64,000 bases of DNA from contig CAYJMP010000002.1 in the NCBI GenBank assembly GCA_964371625.1, positions 1,133,332 through 1,197,331 on the forward strand. The letters are read 5' to 3'. Source of the DNA: an uncultured Ignavibacteria bacterium. Lineage in GTDB: Bacteria; Zixibacteria; MSB-5A5; WJJR01. Made by a program: the position numbers and the translations under genes. Below the pieces are notes generated by a model that saw only the letters and a program-made list of their open reading frames with translations, was not told the origin of the DNA and did not search any database. The stretch's first letter is position 1. The number at the start of each line of letters is the position of its first letter. This document shows positions 9,856-18,873 of this stretch, piece by piece.

Positions 9856-11055
9856 ATGATTACCGACATGCCAACAATCGCGACGCCGAAAAACCTCGCT
9901 GCCCGTATGGACAATCTCGGGACTGAGTCCGCCTTCGAAGTCTTGGCGCGTGCCCGCGAACTGGAACGCAAAGGTAAAAGCGTCATTCACCTTGAAATCG
10001 GCGAGCCGGATTTCGACACCCCAGCCCACATCATTGACGAAGCCGTCAAGGCCATGCGAGAGGGGGCAACGCACTATGGACCTTCGGCGGGTCTTCCCGA
10101 GACTAGAGAAGCGATTGCCCGCTACGTCCGCGAGACCCGCGGCGTTCAGGTGGGCCCCGACAATGTCGTTGTCACTCCCGGCGCCAAGCCGATCATGTTT
10201 TTCACGATTTTCGCCCTCGTGGACCCCGGTGACGAGGTCATCTATCCGAATCCCGGCTTCCCAATCTATGAGTCAGTCATTCGATTCGTTGGGGGAAAGC
10301 CAGTTCCGATCGGATTGCGAGAAGAAAACTCCTTCCGCATTGATATGGACGAGTTGCGTTCCAAGGTCACGAACAAGACCAAACTGATCATCATCAATTC
10401 CCCGCACAATCCCACCGGCGCAATTCTCACGCGCGAGGATCTTGAGATCGTAGCGCAGTTGGCGATGGAACATGGCATCTATGTCTTAGCCGATGAGATA
10501 TACTCCGAACTCGTCTACGACGGAAAATTCCAGAGTATCCTGCATGCCAATCCCGACGTGCTCGATCAGGTCATCCTCCTCGATGGCATGTCGAAGACGT
10601 TTGCCATGACCGGCTGGCGACTGGGCTGGGGTGTGATGCCCGCTCGATTGTCGGCGGCGGTTGCGCGGTTGCAGACCAACAGCAACTCCTGCACGGCTTC
10701 ATTCTCGCAGAAAGTGATCGGCCCGGCCCTCTTTGGCCCGCGCGAGGAGGTGCACGCGATGAATCGAGAATTCCGCCTTCGGCGGGACCTGGTGGTGGAT
10801 GGCCTCAACCAGATCCCCGGTATCTCATGCCTGAACCCGGCAGGCGCCTTCTATGTATTCCCCAATGTCACTCGACTGGGCAAGATTTCCAAAGAGATCG
10901 AGAAGGGGCTCCTTGAGGAAGCCGGGGTGGCGGCCCTGGCAGGCACTTCCTTTGGCTCCTCCGGCGAAGGATTCCTCCGTCTCTCGTACGCGAACTCTCA
11001 GGAGAATCTCCGTGAAGGGCTCCGTCGGATCGCCGATTGGGTCTCCAAGCAGTGA
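9856..11055 (+). CDS. Pyridoxal-phosphate-dependent class I aminotransferase (aspartate aminotransferase-like)
   Basis: INSPHNPTG, SKTFAMTGWRLGW (PLP lysine) and RLSYA motifs. 399 aa. Confidence 0.88.
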   Translation: MITDMPTIATPKNLAARMDNLGTESAFEVLARARELERKGKSVIHLEIGEPDFDTPAHIIDEAVKAMREGATHYGPSAGLPETREAIARYVRETRGVQVGPDNVVVTPGAKPIMFFTIFALVDPGDEVIYPNPGFPIYESVIRFVGGKPVPIGLREENSFRIDMDELRSKVTNKTKLIIINSPHNPTGAILTREDLEIVAQLAMEHGIYVLADEIYSELVYDGKFQSILHANPDVLDQVILLDGMSKTFAMTGWRLGWGVMPARLSAAVARLQTNSNSCTASFSQKVIGPALFGPREEVHAMNREFRLRRDLVVDGLNQIPGISCLNPAGAFYVFPNVTRLGKISKEIEKGLLEEAGVAALAGTSFGSSGEGFLRLSYANSQENLREGLRRIADWVSKQ

Positions 11056-11083
11056 TCTCAGTTCGATAGCCAGGTGTAATCGA

Positions 11084-11124
11084 GAGGGTCAGCCCCGAGT
11101 GCGTGTGCCATCGGGCTGACCCTC
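11084..11124 (+). terminator. 12-bp GC-rich hairpin just after the aminotransferase stop (terminator-like, no U-tract)
   Basis: GAGGGTCAGCCC (11084-11095) pairs perfectly with GGGCTGACCCTC (11113-11124), 17-nt loop. No T-run follows. Confidence 0.35.
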
Positions 11125-11640
11125 ATGCCTTATCAGGGTGAACAATTGGGTAGACCGTTGGCGCACTAAGGCAGACCTCACGCATGTCGTCATGCTCTCG
11201 TATTTTCTTCTTGACAGGGAACCGGATTGCCCGACCTTGAGTTAAGTACGGTGGAGGTCTGCTTTTTCGGAGATCGCTCACCGAGGGGGATAGGTCGGGT
11301 GGGTGGTCGCCGAAACAGGCGACCTGATCCTCACACTCGTTGCCGCAAGCAGCGCCCCCAGTCGCGTCATAACGAATAGTCGAGTCCGTCACGAAAGCGG
11401 ACATGATGGTTTGTATTGACAGCAACCGGCGCCGGCGAACAAGCGGAACCGACGCCCCCAAAGGGGGTGGCGTGGCAACAGAATCAACTGAAAATCAGGC
11501 CGGATTCGGCCGGAATAAGTAATTGGGGCCCAGCCGGATACGGGCGTATCGGGTTGTGCACTTTTTGCACAGCCCTATGGAATCCGGCAAAAGTGACGAT
11601 AACACGAACGAATATTGGCGCGCACACAAGGAGGGATCCC

Positions 11641-14619
11641 TTGCGCAAATTCGTAAATGCTTTCTGGATGCTCAGCGTTACGGCGCTCTTGATCGCCGTT
11701 ACAGCATGGGCCGGCACCACGGGCAAAATCGCCGGTGTGGTGACCGACAAGTCTACGGGCCAGCCCATTCCGGGGGCGGCCATCTCCATCGCCGGAACGA
11801 CATGGGGCGCTCTCACGGATGAAGAAGGGCGCTATGTCATCCTCAATATCCCGGTTGGAACCTACATGCTCAAAGCGTCGATCGTCGGGTTCACCGCGGT
11901 CGAAGTGACAAACGTCGGTGTCAACGTCGACCTGACCACGGTCCAGGACTTTGCGCTGGGCACGGAAGCCGTGGAATTGGGCATCGTCTCGGTCACAGCC
12001 GAACGCCCCCTGGTCAAACAGGACCGTACATCGTCGTTGCGCATCGTCGACGCGGAAGAAGTGCAGAACATGCCAACCCGCGGCTATCAGGACATCGTTG
12101 GCCTGCAGGCAGGCTCAGTCCGGTTCTCCGACAACGTTGGCCTACGCCAACGCAGCGGTCGCGAGGCGTCGACGACCGGATCGGTCAACATTCGCGGCGG
12201 CCGATCGTCAGAGGTTGCCTACTACGTAGACGGCTTCTCACAGCAGGATCCGCTGACTGGCCTCTCTACGACGCAGATCAATAACAACTCCATTCAGGAA
12301 GTCTCGATCGTGACCGGCGGTTTCAATGCCGAGTACGGTCTTATCATGTCGGGCGCAGTCAACGTCATCACCCGCGCCGGCGGCGACAAGTTCCATGGCT
12401 CACTTGAGGCGATCACCGACAACTTCCACGGCGACAGCTACGACAACAACGTGTACTCGGGTGTGTTGTCCGGTCCGCTCACTCCGGGTTCCGACAAGCT
12501 GACATTCTATGTCGCTGGCGAACGTCGCTGGTCCGGCGATCGCGAACCGCATGCGACGGCCGGCGGCCCGCTCGATCACAACGAGTCGGGTCTCTGGAAC
12601 TGGCAGGGCAAGATCAACTGGCGCCCGGCGGGCAGCGTCTCCGCTCTCATCGGCACCAACGGCTCAGTCGAGAAGTGGAGTGAATTCCGCAACGACTGGC
12701 GCTTCGATCTCGAGCACGCTCCCAGATACGATGACCAGAACTACAGTGTGTTCGGCGAGTTGACCCACACTGTCAGCCCCAAGACCTTCTATACCCTGAA
12801 GGCGAATTGGTTCTCCACCGAGCGCATACGCGGCGACGGAGTCCACTTCGACGACATTTGGGCATATGGCCGCCCCAGCGGCAACCCGAACTTCGACGAA
12901 ACGCAGCTCTACAATGCTTGGGATGATATGGAGCTCGATGCCGACAGCCTCGAAGAGGGTGTGATATACCAATTGATCACGCCGCACGAGGACAGCGTGT
13001 TTCAGGTTCTGATGCCTGACGGCAGCACACGAGAGCAGGCATTTGTGATCCGTGGCGACGAAGCCACGGTCTGGGATGACCTGCTAAAACGCAAGTCGTC
13101 GTATGTCGGTGCCGACCTCGATTTGGTCAGCCAAGTCCATCCCAACCACGAAGTGAAGGCGGGACTTGAATTCCAGCGCCATGCACTGCGCCGTTACCAG
13201 CACCTGTTCCCGGTGAATATCTACCAGGGAGCCAATGGTGGATTCGACGATATCGACCATTTCGGCTACGACGAGTTTGGCGAGGAATCGGATAGCGAAG
13301 GACTCAACGGCGTTAAGAATCCCGTCAACATGGCTGCCTACCTGCAAGATAAGTTCGAATGGGAAGGTCTGGTTGTGAACGCGGGTCTTCGCTTCGACTA
13401 CTTCGATTACAAGACCGAACGCCTGGTTTCTCCCGAGCAACCACTCGATCCATATGACTGGGCCACATATGCCGACACGGCGTCTGGCTTGAGTGACGAC
13501 GAACGCAACGAACTGCGGCAGAGTTCGCAGGAATTGTCTGAAGACGAGCTTACGGCGTCCGAATCCGTCTCGCGCTTCTCGCCGCGTCTCGGCGTGGCAT
13601 TCCCCGTGGCGGAAGGATCAGTCTTCCACTTCTCGTACGGCAAATTCTTCCAGCGCCCGGATCTGCAGAACCTGTACGTGAACTACGACTACCTCGCATA
13701 CAAGATCCGTACCGGCGGCTACTTCTTCGCCTTTGGTAACCCGAATCTTGAGCCGGAAGAAACCACTGCCTATGAAGCGGGATGGCAGCGGAGTATCAGC
13801 GACAATGCGTCGATCGACCTCACCGCATTCTATAAAGACGTGAAGAATCTGACTGAAGTCGTGACGCAGCCCGCCGTTCCGAACTCGTTCTCGACCTATC
13901 GCAACGTCGACTACGGCACCGTGAAGGGAATCGAATTCTCACTCGACATGCGCCGCAATCGCAATATCTCGATGCAGTTCAACTACGCTTTGGCCTACGC
14001 CGACGGCACCGGGTCGTTTGCGAACACGAACTCCAATATCGCGTGGACAGTCGCCGAGCCGCCGAAGCATGCATCGTCGCTCGAGTTCGATCAGCGCCAC
14101 AAGATAACCGGTGTGCTCGACATTCGGGCCGGCGAAAACGAAGGCCCAAAGCTCGGCGAGTTCTATCCTCTCGAGAACGCGGGTGTAAACTTCATTCTCG
14201 GCGCGGGATCGGGCTTCCCGTATTCGCCGGTATTTGTCTACAACGAAGTTACACTCGGCGCGATTTCGCCGCGGCCGTCGGGTGCGATCAATTCCCGTCG
14301 TCAGCCGTGGCAGTATCGTGTGGACATGAAGGCGAATCGCGAGATCGCAGTTGCCGGCAAGATGAAGCTCGACCTCTTTGTCTGGGTTATCAATCTGCTC
14401 GATCGTGACAATGTAGTCGATACGTACGAATCGACCGGCCTGCCGAATTCGACTGGCTGGCTTGTCACGCCCGACGGCCAGCAGTTCATCGCCGACAATG
14501 CCGAGATCCACGATTCATCGTTGCTGACAGGAGAAGAGAAATACGAGATCAAGCAGGCCGATCCGCGCAATTATGACACGCCGAGGCAAATCCGCATTGG
14601 CGCGCGGTGGACATTCTAG
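11641..14619 (+). CDS. TonB-dependent outer-membrane receptor with N-terminal carboxypeptidase-regulatory-like domain (SusC-like architecture)
   Basis: TTG start 6 nt after AAGGAGG, chosen over the ORF-track start at 11416. Signal peptide. CarboxypepD_reg-like GKIAGVVTD..PIPGAAISI..GRYVILNIPVGTYML. Plug motif NIRGGRSSEVAYYVDG. Long beta-barrel ending ...RIGARWTF. Confidence 0.85.
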   Translation: MRKFVNAFWMLSVTALLIAVTAWAGTTGKIAGVVTDKSTGQPIPGAAISIAGTTWGALTDEEGRYVILNIPVGTYMLKASIVGFTAVEVTNVGVNVDLTTVQDFALGTEAVELGIVSVTAERPLVKQDRTSSLRIVDAEEVQNMPTRGYQDIVGLQAGSVRFSDNVGLRQRSGREASTTGSVNIRGGRSSEVAYYVDGFSQQDPLTGLSTTQINNNSIQEVSIVTGGFNAEYGLIMSGAVNVITRAGGDKFHGSLEAITDNFHGDSYDNNVYSGVLSGPLTPGSDKLTFYVAGERRWSGDREPHATAGGPLDHNESGLWNWQGKINWRPAGSVSALIGTNGSVEKWSEFRNDWRFDLEHAPRYDDQNYSVFGELTHTVSPKTFYTLKANWFSTERIRGDGVHFDDIWAYGRPSGNPNFDETQLYNAWDDMELDADSLEEGVIYQLITPHEDSVFQVLMPDGSTREQAFVIRGDEATVWDDLLKRKSSYVGADLDLVSQVHPNHEVKAGLEFQRHALRRYQHLFPVNIYQGANGGFDDIDHFGYDEFGEESDSEGLNGVKNPVNMAAYLQDKFEWEGLVVNAGLRFDYFDYKTERLVSPEQPLDPYDWATYADTASGLSDDERNELRQSSQELSEDELTASESVSRFSPRLGVAFPVAEGSVFHFSYGKFFQRPDLQNLYVNYDYLAYKIRTGGYFFAFGNPNLEPEETTAYEAGWQRSISDNASIDLTAFYKDVKNLTEVVTQPAVPNSFSTYRNVDYGTVKGIEFSLDMRRNRNISMQFNYALAYADGTGSFANTNSNIAWTVAEPPKHASSLEFDQRHKITGVLDIRAGENEGPKLGEFYPLENAGVNFILGAGSGFPYSPVFVYNEVTLGAISPRPSGAINSRRQPWQYRVDMKANREIAVAGKMKLDLFVWVINLLDRDNVVDTYESTGLPNSTGWLVTPDGQQFIADNAEIHDSSLLTGEEKYEIKQADPRNYDTPRQIRIGARWTF

Positions 14620-14695
14620 GAGAGCGTTGACACAGGATGTGTAGGCGCCTGCGGATCGCTACGACGACCGTCGGGACGCACGAAGGAGGACATGG

Positions 14696-17600
14696 ATGAA
14701 ACGCTGGACTTGGGTGGCTTCAGGACTGGTAATGCCGTTGGCGGCCGTGTTCATCATTGCGGCTGGTCCGCGGCATTCGCCGGCCCCGGCTTCACCCCAA
14801 CTCATTGATAACACCACGTTTTTTGACGCGAACAATCTATTGATGTTTGTCAGCAACACCGGCTCGTTCGCCTATGACCGCACCGCGCTCCTGGGCAAAA
14901 ACGACGGTCTCTATTATCCGAAGGGTACTAACACTTCGGTGATCTACGCTGCCGGCGTATGGATGGGCGCCAAAGTCGACGGCGCCGTACGAACCGCCGC
15001 CGCTGAGTACGCCAATGACTATGTCCCAGGGCCGATGGCGAATGGCACGTTTCAGGGTGACCGCGGCAGTTATCGCGTGTACGTCATCAACAAGGGGGAC
15101 ACACGCGCGACCAGTGAGGACTACCGCACATGGCCATTCGACGACGGTGCCCCGGCGCTGAAAGCCGCCGACGGCTCAGACTCGTTGGACTCGGAAGGAA
15201 ACCGCATCCCGTTCTTGCTTGGTGACCAGGCGTTGTGGAGCGTGTACAACGACGCAAGCGTTGCCGGCCGCGAGTCCGATCCTGGTAGTGGTTCTGCCGG
15301 ACCGATGGGCGTTGAAATCCAGCACTATGTGTTCGGATACGCCCGTGCCGGAGCACTCGGCAACACCGTCTTCATGCAGTTCAAGATCATTAACAAGGGC
15401 GAGAACCTCCTTGAGGATACTTACATCTCATTGTGGGCAGACCCCGATTTGGGTGACGCTGGTGACGACTTCGTTGGTTGCGACACGACGCTGTCCATTG
15501 GTTTCTGCTACAACGCGGACGCCGACGATGCCACCTATGGTGACAAGCCACCGGCAACCGGATTCGACTTCTTCCAGGGGCCGATCGTGCCGGCTCCAGG
15601 GGTGACGGATACCATTCTTGTTGACGGGAAGTCCATCGAGGTTGTGGGTTATGAAGAATTGCCGATGACATCTTTTAACAAGTACATCAACGGCACTGAC
15701 CCATCGAACAATATCGAGACATACAACTACATGCAGGGTCTTGAGGTCGATGGCACGCCGCACATCAACTCCAGCACTGGAGAGGCAAGCAAATTCTTCA
15801 TGAGTGGCGATCCTGTCGCGGGCACCGGTGAGTTGGATAACAACGCCGCCGACCGCCGTTACATGATGACGTCGGGACCGTTCACGATGAGCCCCGGTGA
15901 TACCCAAGTGGTCGTTGCCGCCGTTCTGGTTGCGCAGGGTGACAATAACCTGTCTTCGGTCGAGCGCCTTCGTGACAACGACCGAATTGCGCAGAACGTA
16001 TTCGATGCGAACTTTGATATTCCCGGCCCACCACCGCCCCCCACTGTCTGGGCAGTACCCAAAGACAACTCGATCCAATTGCTATGGGGGACAGAGTCAG
16101 ACGGCGACATTCAGGAAGGATTCGGCCCACCAGACCCGGAGACTGGCGAGCGTCCACTGCTGCAGCGGTTCGTCTTCGAGGGATACAATGTCTATCAAGG
16201 CGCTTCAAGCTCCGGTCCGTGGACGAAAATCGCCACTTTCGACGAGTCCAACGGTGTGCGTCGGTTGTACTCCGACGTCGACAATCCAAACGGCAAGGAG
16301 AGGGTGGTAGTTCAGCGCGGCTCCGACAACGGTGTCGCTCACGAATTGGTCGTTGCTCAGGACCGAATCCGCGGTGGTGGCTTGGTCAATAATCGACCGT
16401 ATTACTATGCTGTCACTGCCTACAATTATGACGTTCTGAATGCGGTTGAGTTCACGGATGAACTCGGGAACGCATTTGGGATCATTACAGAATCCTTCGA
16501 AACGCTTCCCAGTGCCCCGCGCGATGGAGTTACGCCTCTCTCCATGACGGGCGTGCTCTCCGACACGGCGACGCTCAAAGAGGGCGGTTCTGACGGAAAC
16601 GTATTGGTCGATTTCATCGATCAAAACGCGATCACAGGGGACACTTACCAGGTCACGTTTAATGACGATGAAGATTTCTCCTGGAACTTGACCGACATCA
16701 CCACAGACGAAGTCCTTCTGTCGAACCAGACCGCAGCGATTGGTGAGCAAGCAGTCGATGGGTTCGTGGTCAGGGTGCTTGGCCCGCAGCTTGGTGTGAA
16801 GACTGTTCGGGAGATCCATAACGGCGACGGGCCGGTGGATCCGCCGGACAATGTACACGTCTCGCGCAACTCTACCAGTGAATGGTACATCGATCCGTCC
16901 GGAGGGCTGAGCCGTTATTCTTGGAACGGTGCAACCAATCACGATTATGAAATCAGGTGGACCGCGGCTGCCGAGACTCACTGCTGGGATTTCTTCGGGC
17001 AGGGTGACTACTCATTCGCGGCTCCCTTCCTGGTTCCGATCGAGGTGTGGGACGTCACCGACAATTACAAGATGTCCTTCATGTTGATTGATGATGATGT
17101 CAGTGGCGGCTGGAGCTGGGGTGATGGGGTGTATTTCTGGGACATTCCATACGACGAGATCGATTGGAATCAGGCGGGAGTGCATACGGGAGTTTACGAT
17201 CCCGACTACGCGGGTCTGCACTACGGCAGGTTCTGGTTCTTCAAGCTCGATCCCACGACAGAATTGCCGACCCAGCCAAGACCGGGTACGGTCGTTCGAA
17301 TTACCACGAACAAGCCGAATCTGCCAGGTGTCGTCTGGGAATTCACAACTGTGAAACCCGGAGACGGAGACGGCACCGTCATCGCCAACTCGGTCGATGA
17401 TATTTACCCGGTTCCGAATCCGTACTACAACCTGACCTCGCTGGAGTTGGATCAGTTCCGCCGCCAGATCAAGTTCGTCAATCTGCCGCCTGCGATGACC
17501 ACCATTCGCATCTTCAATCTCGCAGGAGACTGTGTGCGGGTGCTGACGAAAGACAATGCGGGCAGCGCGGAACTGGTTTGGGATGTCTTGACCGAGACAG

Positions 17601-17713
17601 GCCTGCCGGTCGCTTCGGGTCTGTATATCTACCACGTTGAAGCGGAAGGTATCGGCACTAAGATCGGCAAGTTGGCAGTGTTCACCGAGGTGGAGCAGCT
17701 CAATACCTATTGA
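14696..17713 (+). CDS. Large secreted protein with FN3-like module and T9SS-type (Por_Secre_tail / FlgD-Ig-like) C-terminal sorting domain
   Basis: SD AAGGAGGA 6 nt upstream. N-terminal hydrophobic signal. PPPPP linker followed by an FN3-like segment (LLWG..FEGYNVYQG..RPYYYAVTAYNY). C-terminal tail YPVPNPYYN..IRIFNLAGDCVRVL..WDV..GLPVASGLYIYHVEA..KLAVF. Confidence 0.75.
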   Translation: MKRWTWVASGLVMPLAAVFIIAAGPRHSPAPASPQLIDNTTFFDANNLLMFVSNTGSFAYDRTALLGKNDGLYYPKGTNTSVIYAAGVWMGAKVDGAVRTAAAEYANDYVPGPMANGTFQGDRGSYRVYVINKGDTRATSEDYRTWPFDDGAPALKAADGSDSLDSEGNRIPFLLGDQALWSVYNDASVAGRESDPGSGSAGPMGVEIQHYVFGYARAGALGNTVFMQFKIINKGENLLEDTYISLWADPDLGDAGDDFVGCDTTLSIGFCYNADADDATYGDKPPATGFDFFQGPIVPAPGVTDTILVDGKSIEVVGYEELPMTSFNKYINGTDPSNNIETYNYMQGLEVDGTPHINSSTGEASKFFMSGDPVAGTGELDNNAADRRYMMTSGPFTMSPGDTQVVVAAVLVAQGDNNLSSVERLRDNDRIAQNVFDANFDIPGPPPPPTVWAVPKDNSIQLLWGTESDGDIQEGFGPPDPETGERPLLQRFVFEGYNVYQGASSSGPWTKIATFDESNGVRRLYSDVDNPNGKERVVVQRGSDNGVAHELVVAQDRIRGGGLVNNRPYYYAVTAYNYDVLNAVEFTDELGNAFGIITESFETLPSAPRDGVTPLSMTGVLSDTATLKEGGSDGNVLVDFIDQNAITGDTYQVTFNDDEDFSWNLTDITTDEVLLSNQTAAIGEQAVDGFVVRVLGPQLGVKTVREIHNGDGPVDPPDNVHVSRNSTSEWYIDPSGGLSRYSWNGATNHDYEIRWTAAAETHCWDFFGQGDYSFAAPFLVPIEVWDVTDNYKMSFMLIDDDVSGGWSWGDGVYFWDIPYDEIDWNQAGVHTGVYDPDYAGLHYGRFWFFKLDPTTELPTQPRPGTVVRITTNKPNLPGVVWEFTTVKPGDGDGTVIANSVDDIYPVPNPYYNLTSLELDQFRRQIKFVNLPPAMTTIRIFNLAGDCVRVLTKDNAGSAELVWDVLTETGLPVASGLYIYHVEAEGIGTKIGKLAVFTEVEQLNTY

Positions 17714-17759
17714 TCATGCGACGGCCCACGGACTGGGCCTTTCCATGGAGGCAGGAACG

Positions 17760-18773
17760 ATGAAACTCAGAATGATCATTGCAGCGGCTTTGGTGATGCT
17801 GCTTGCCGCCTCGGCCGCGCATGCGGGTGGCGATTTGAAAATCGGGAGCGCCGGTGGCCAGCAGTTGCGCATCCCGGTGGGTTCGCGCGGCACCGCGATG
17901 GGCGGTTCCACTGTCGCGAATTCCTTCGGACTTGATGCGATCTATTGGAATCCAGCCGGTGCGTCCACGATCGAAGGAACCGACGTCATGTGGTCGAACC
18001 GTCAGTACATTGCTGACATCGACATCAACTATTTTGCTGGCGCGCGCCGGGTTGGTGATTTTGGCGTTTTGGGCGTTACGGCAAAGATCACATCCATGGA
18101 TGATGAGATCATCCGCACCGTCGATTTCCCGGCCGGGACTGGCGCGACCTATTCGTCGTCATTCGCGGTCGTCGGATTGACATTTGCCCGGACGCTGACC
18201 GATCGTGTGTCGATGGGAATCAATGGCAACATGATCTACGAGAAAATCGCCGAGCAAACCGCCACCGGTGCTGCCTTTGACATCGGGTTCCACTACAATC
18301 CGGGTTGGCAGAACCTGACATTCGGCGCCGTCATCAAAAACCTCGGTCCCAAGATGAACTACGATGGACCGGGCTTTGATCTCGACACCGAAACCGGCGA
18401 CGATCCCAACAGTCTGCCGCACACGACGCGCTCGCGTTCGTCGTCGTTCGAAATCCCGTCGTATGTGCAGCTCGGGGCGGCGTACAAGCTCCTCGAGCAG
18501 CAGAAGAACGCTGTTAACGTAACCGGCGCATTCCAGTCGAACAACTTCTCCGAAGATGAATGGCGCTTCGGCGGTGAGTATTCCTACAACGATATGCTCT
18601 ACCTTCGCGGAGGCTACACGGCGTCCAACCAGGAAGACTACTTGTTTGGCGCTTCATTCGGCGCCGGGCTTGCGTTCAATGTGGGTGACTCGCGCTGGCA
18701 GTTCGACTACGCTTGGTCGCAGAGCGAGTTCTTCGACGACAATCAGTATCTTACATTCCAAGTCGGGTTCTGA
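17760..18773 (+). CDS. PorV/PorQ-family-like outer-membrane beta-barrel protein
   Basis: ATG after GGAGG, chosen over the ORF-track start at 17637. Signal peptide ending AHA. N-terminal motif LRIPVGSRGTAMGG...DAIYWNPAG resembles PorV/PorQ family proteins. Alternating beta-strand pattern, C-terminal ...FQVGF. Confidence 0.7.
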   Translation: MKLRMIIAAALVMLLAASAAHAGGDLKIGSAGGQQLRIPVGSRGTAMGGSTVANSFGLDAIYWNPAGASTIEGTDVMWSNRQYIADIDINYFAGARRVGDFGVLGVTAKITSMDDEIIRTVDFPAGTGATYSSSFAVVGLTFARTLTDRVSMGINGNMIYEKIAEQTATGAAFDIGFHYNPGWQNLTFGAVIKNLGPKMNYDGPGFDLDTETGDDPNSLPHTTRSRSSSFEIPSYVQLGAAYKLLEQQKNAVNVTGAFQSNNFSEDEWRFGGEYSYNDMLYLRGGYTASNQEDYLFGASFGAGLAFNVGDSRWQFDYAWSQSEFFDDNQYLTFQVGF

Positions 18774-18795
18774 TTTGGGGGGTTAGTGGTTCAAG

Positions 18796-18834
18796 CGCCG
18801 GTCCCGGTTTCCTCCCCGGGACCGGCGTTTTCTT
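18796..18834 (+). terminator. Rho-independent terminator of the receptor/cargo/PorV-like operon
   Basis: CGCCGGTCCCGG / CCGGGACCGGCG 12-bp stem, 8-nt loop, followed by TTTTCTT. Confidence 0.8.
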
Positions 18835-18873
18835 ATTGTGGACCGCCCGGGAGGGGACGATCATAGAAGTAGA

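Noticed and set aside
11200-11400. Possible cobalamin or TPP riboswitch upstream of the TonB-dependent receptor.
   Set aside because: I looked for the B12-box/GCCACUG core and the TPP CUGAGA...ACCUGAUCUGG core. Only a partial GACCTGATCC match is present, without the partner elements. The receptor is also SusC-like rather than BtuB-like. A covariance-model scan would be needed for certainty.
11123-11461. 112-aa minus-strand ORF (Cys-containing, MSAFVTDSTIRYDATGGAACGNECEDQVACFGD...) in the long spacer.
   Set aside because: No SD before either ATG, mixed codon bias (the second half is AT3-rich), no recognisable domain, and it overlaps the hairpins. It is kept only as an alternative explanation in the leader finding.
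11416-11640. ORF-track N-terminal extension of the TonB-dependent receptor (start at 11416).
   Set aside because: A TTG at 11641 sits 6 nt after a perfect AAGGAGG and is followed immediately by a signal peptide. The 75 upstream codons have no signal-like or conserved character and overlap hairpin-rich sequence.
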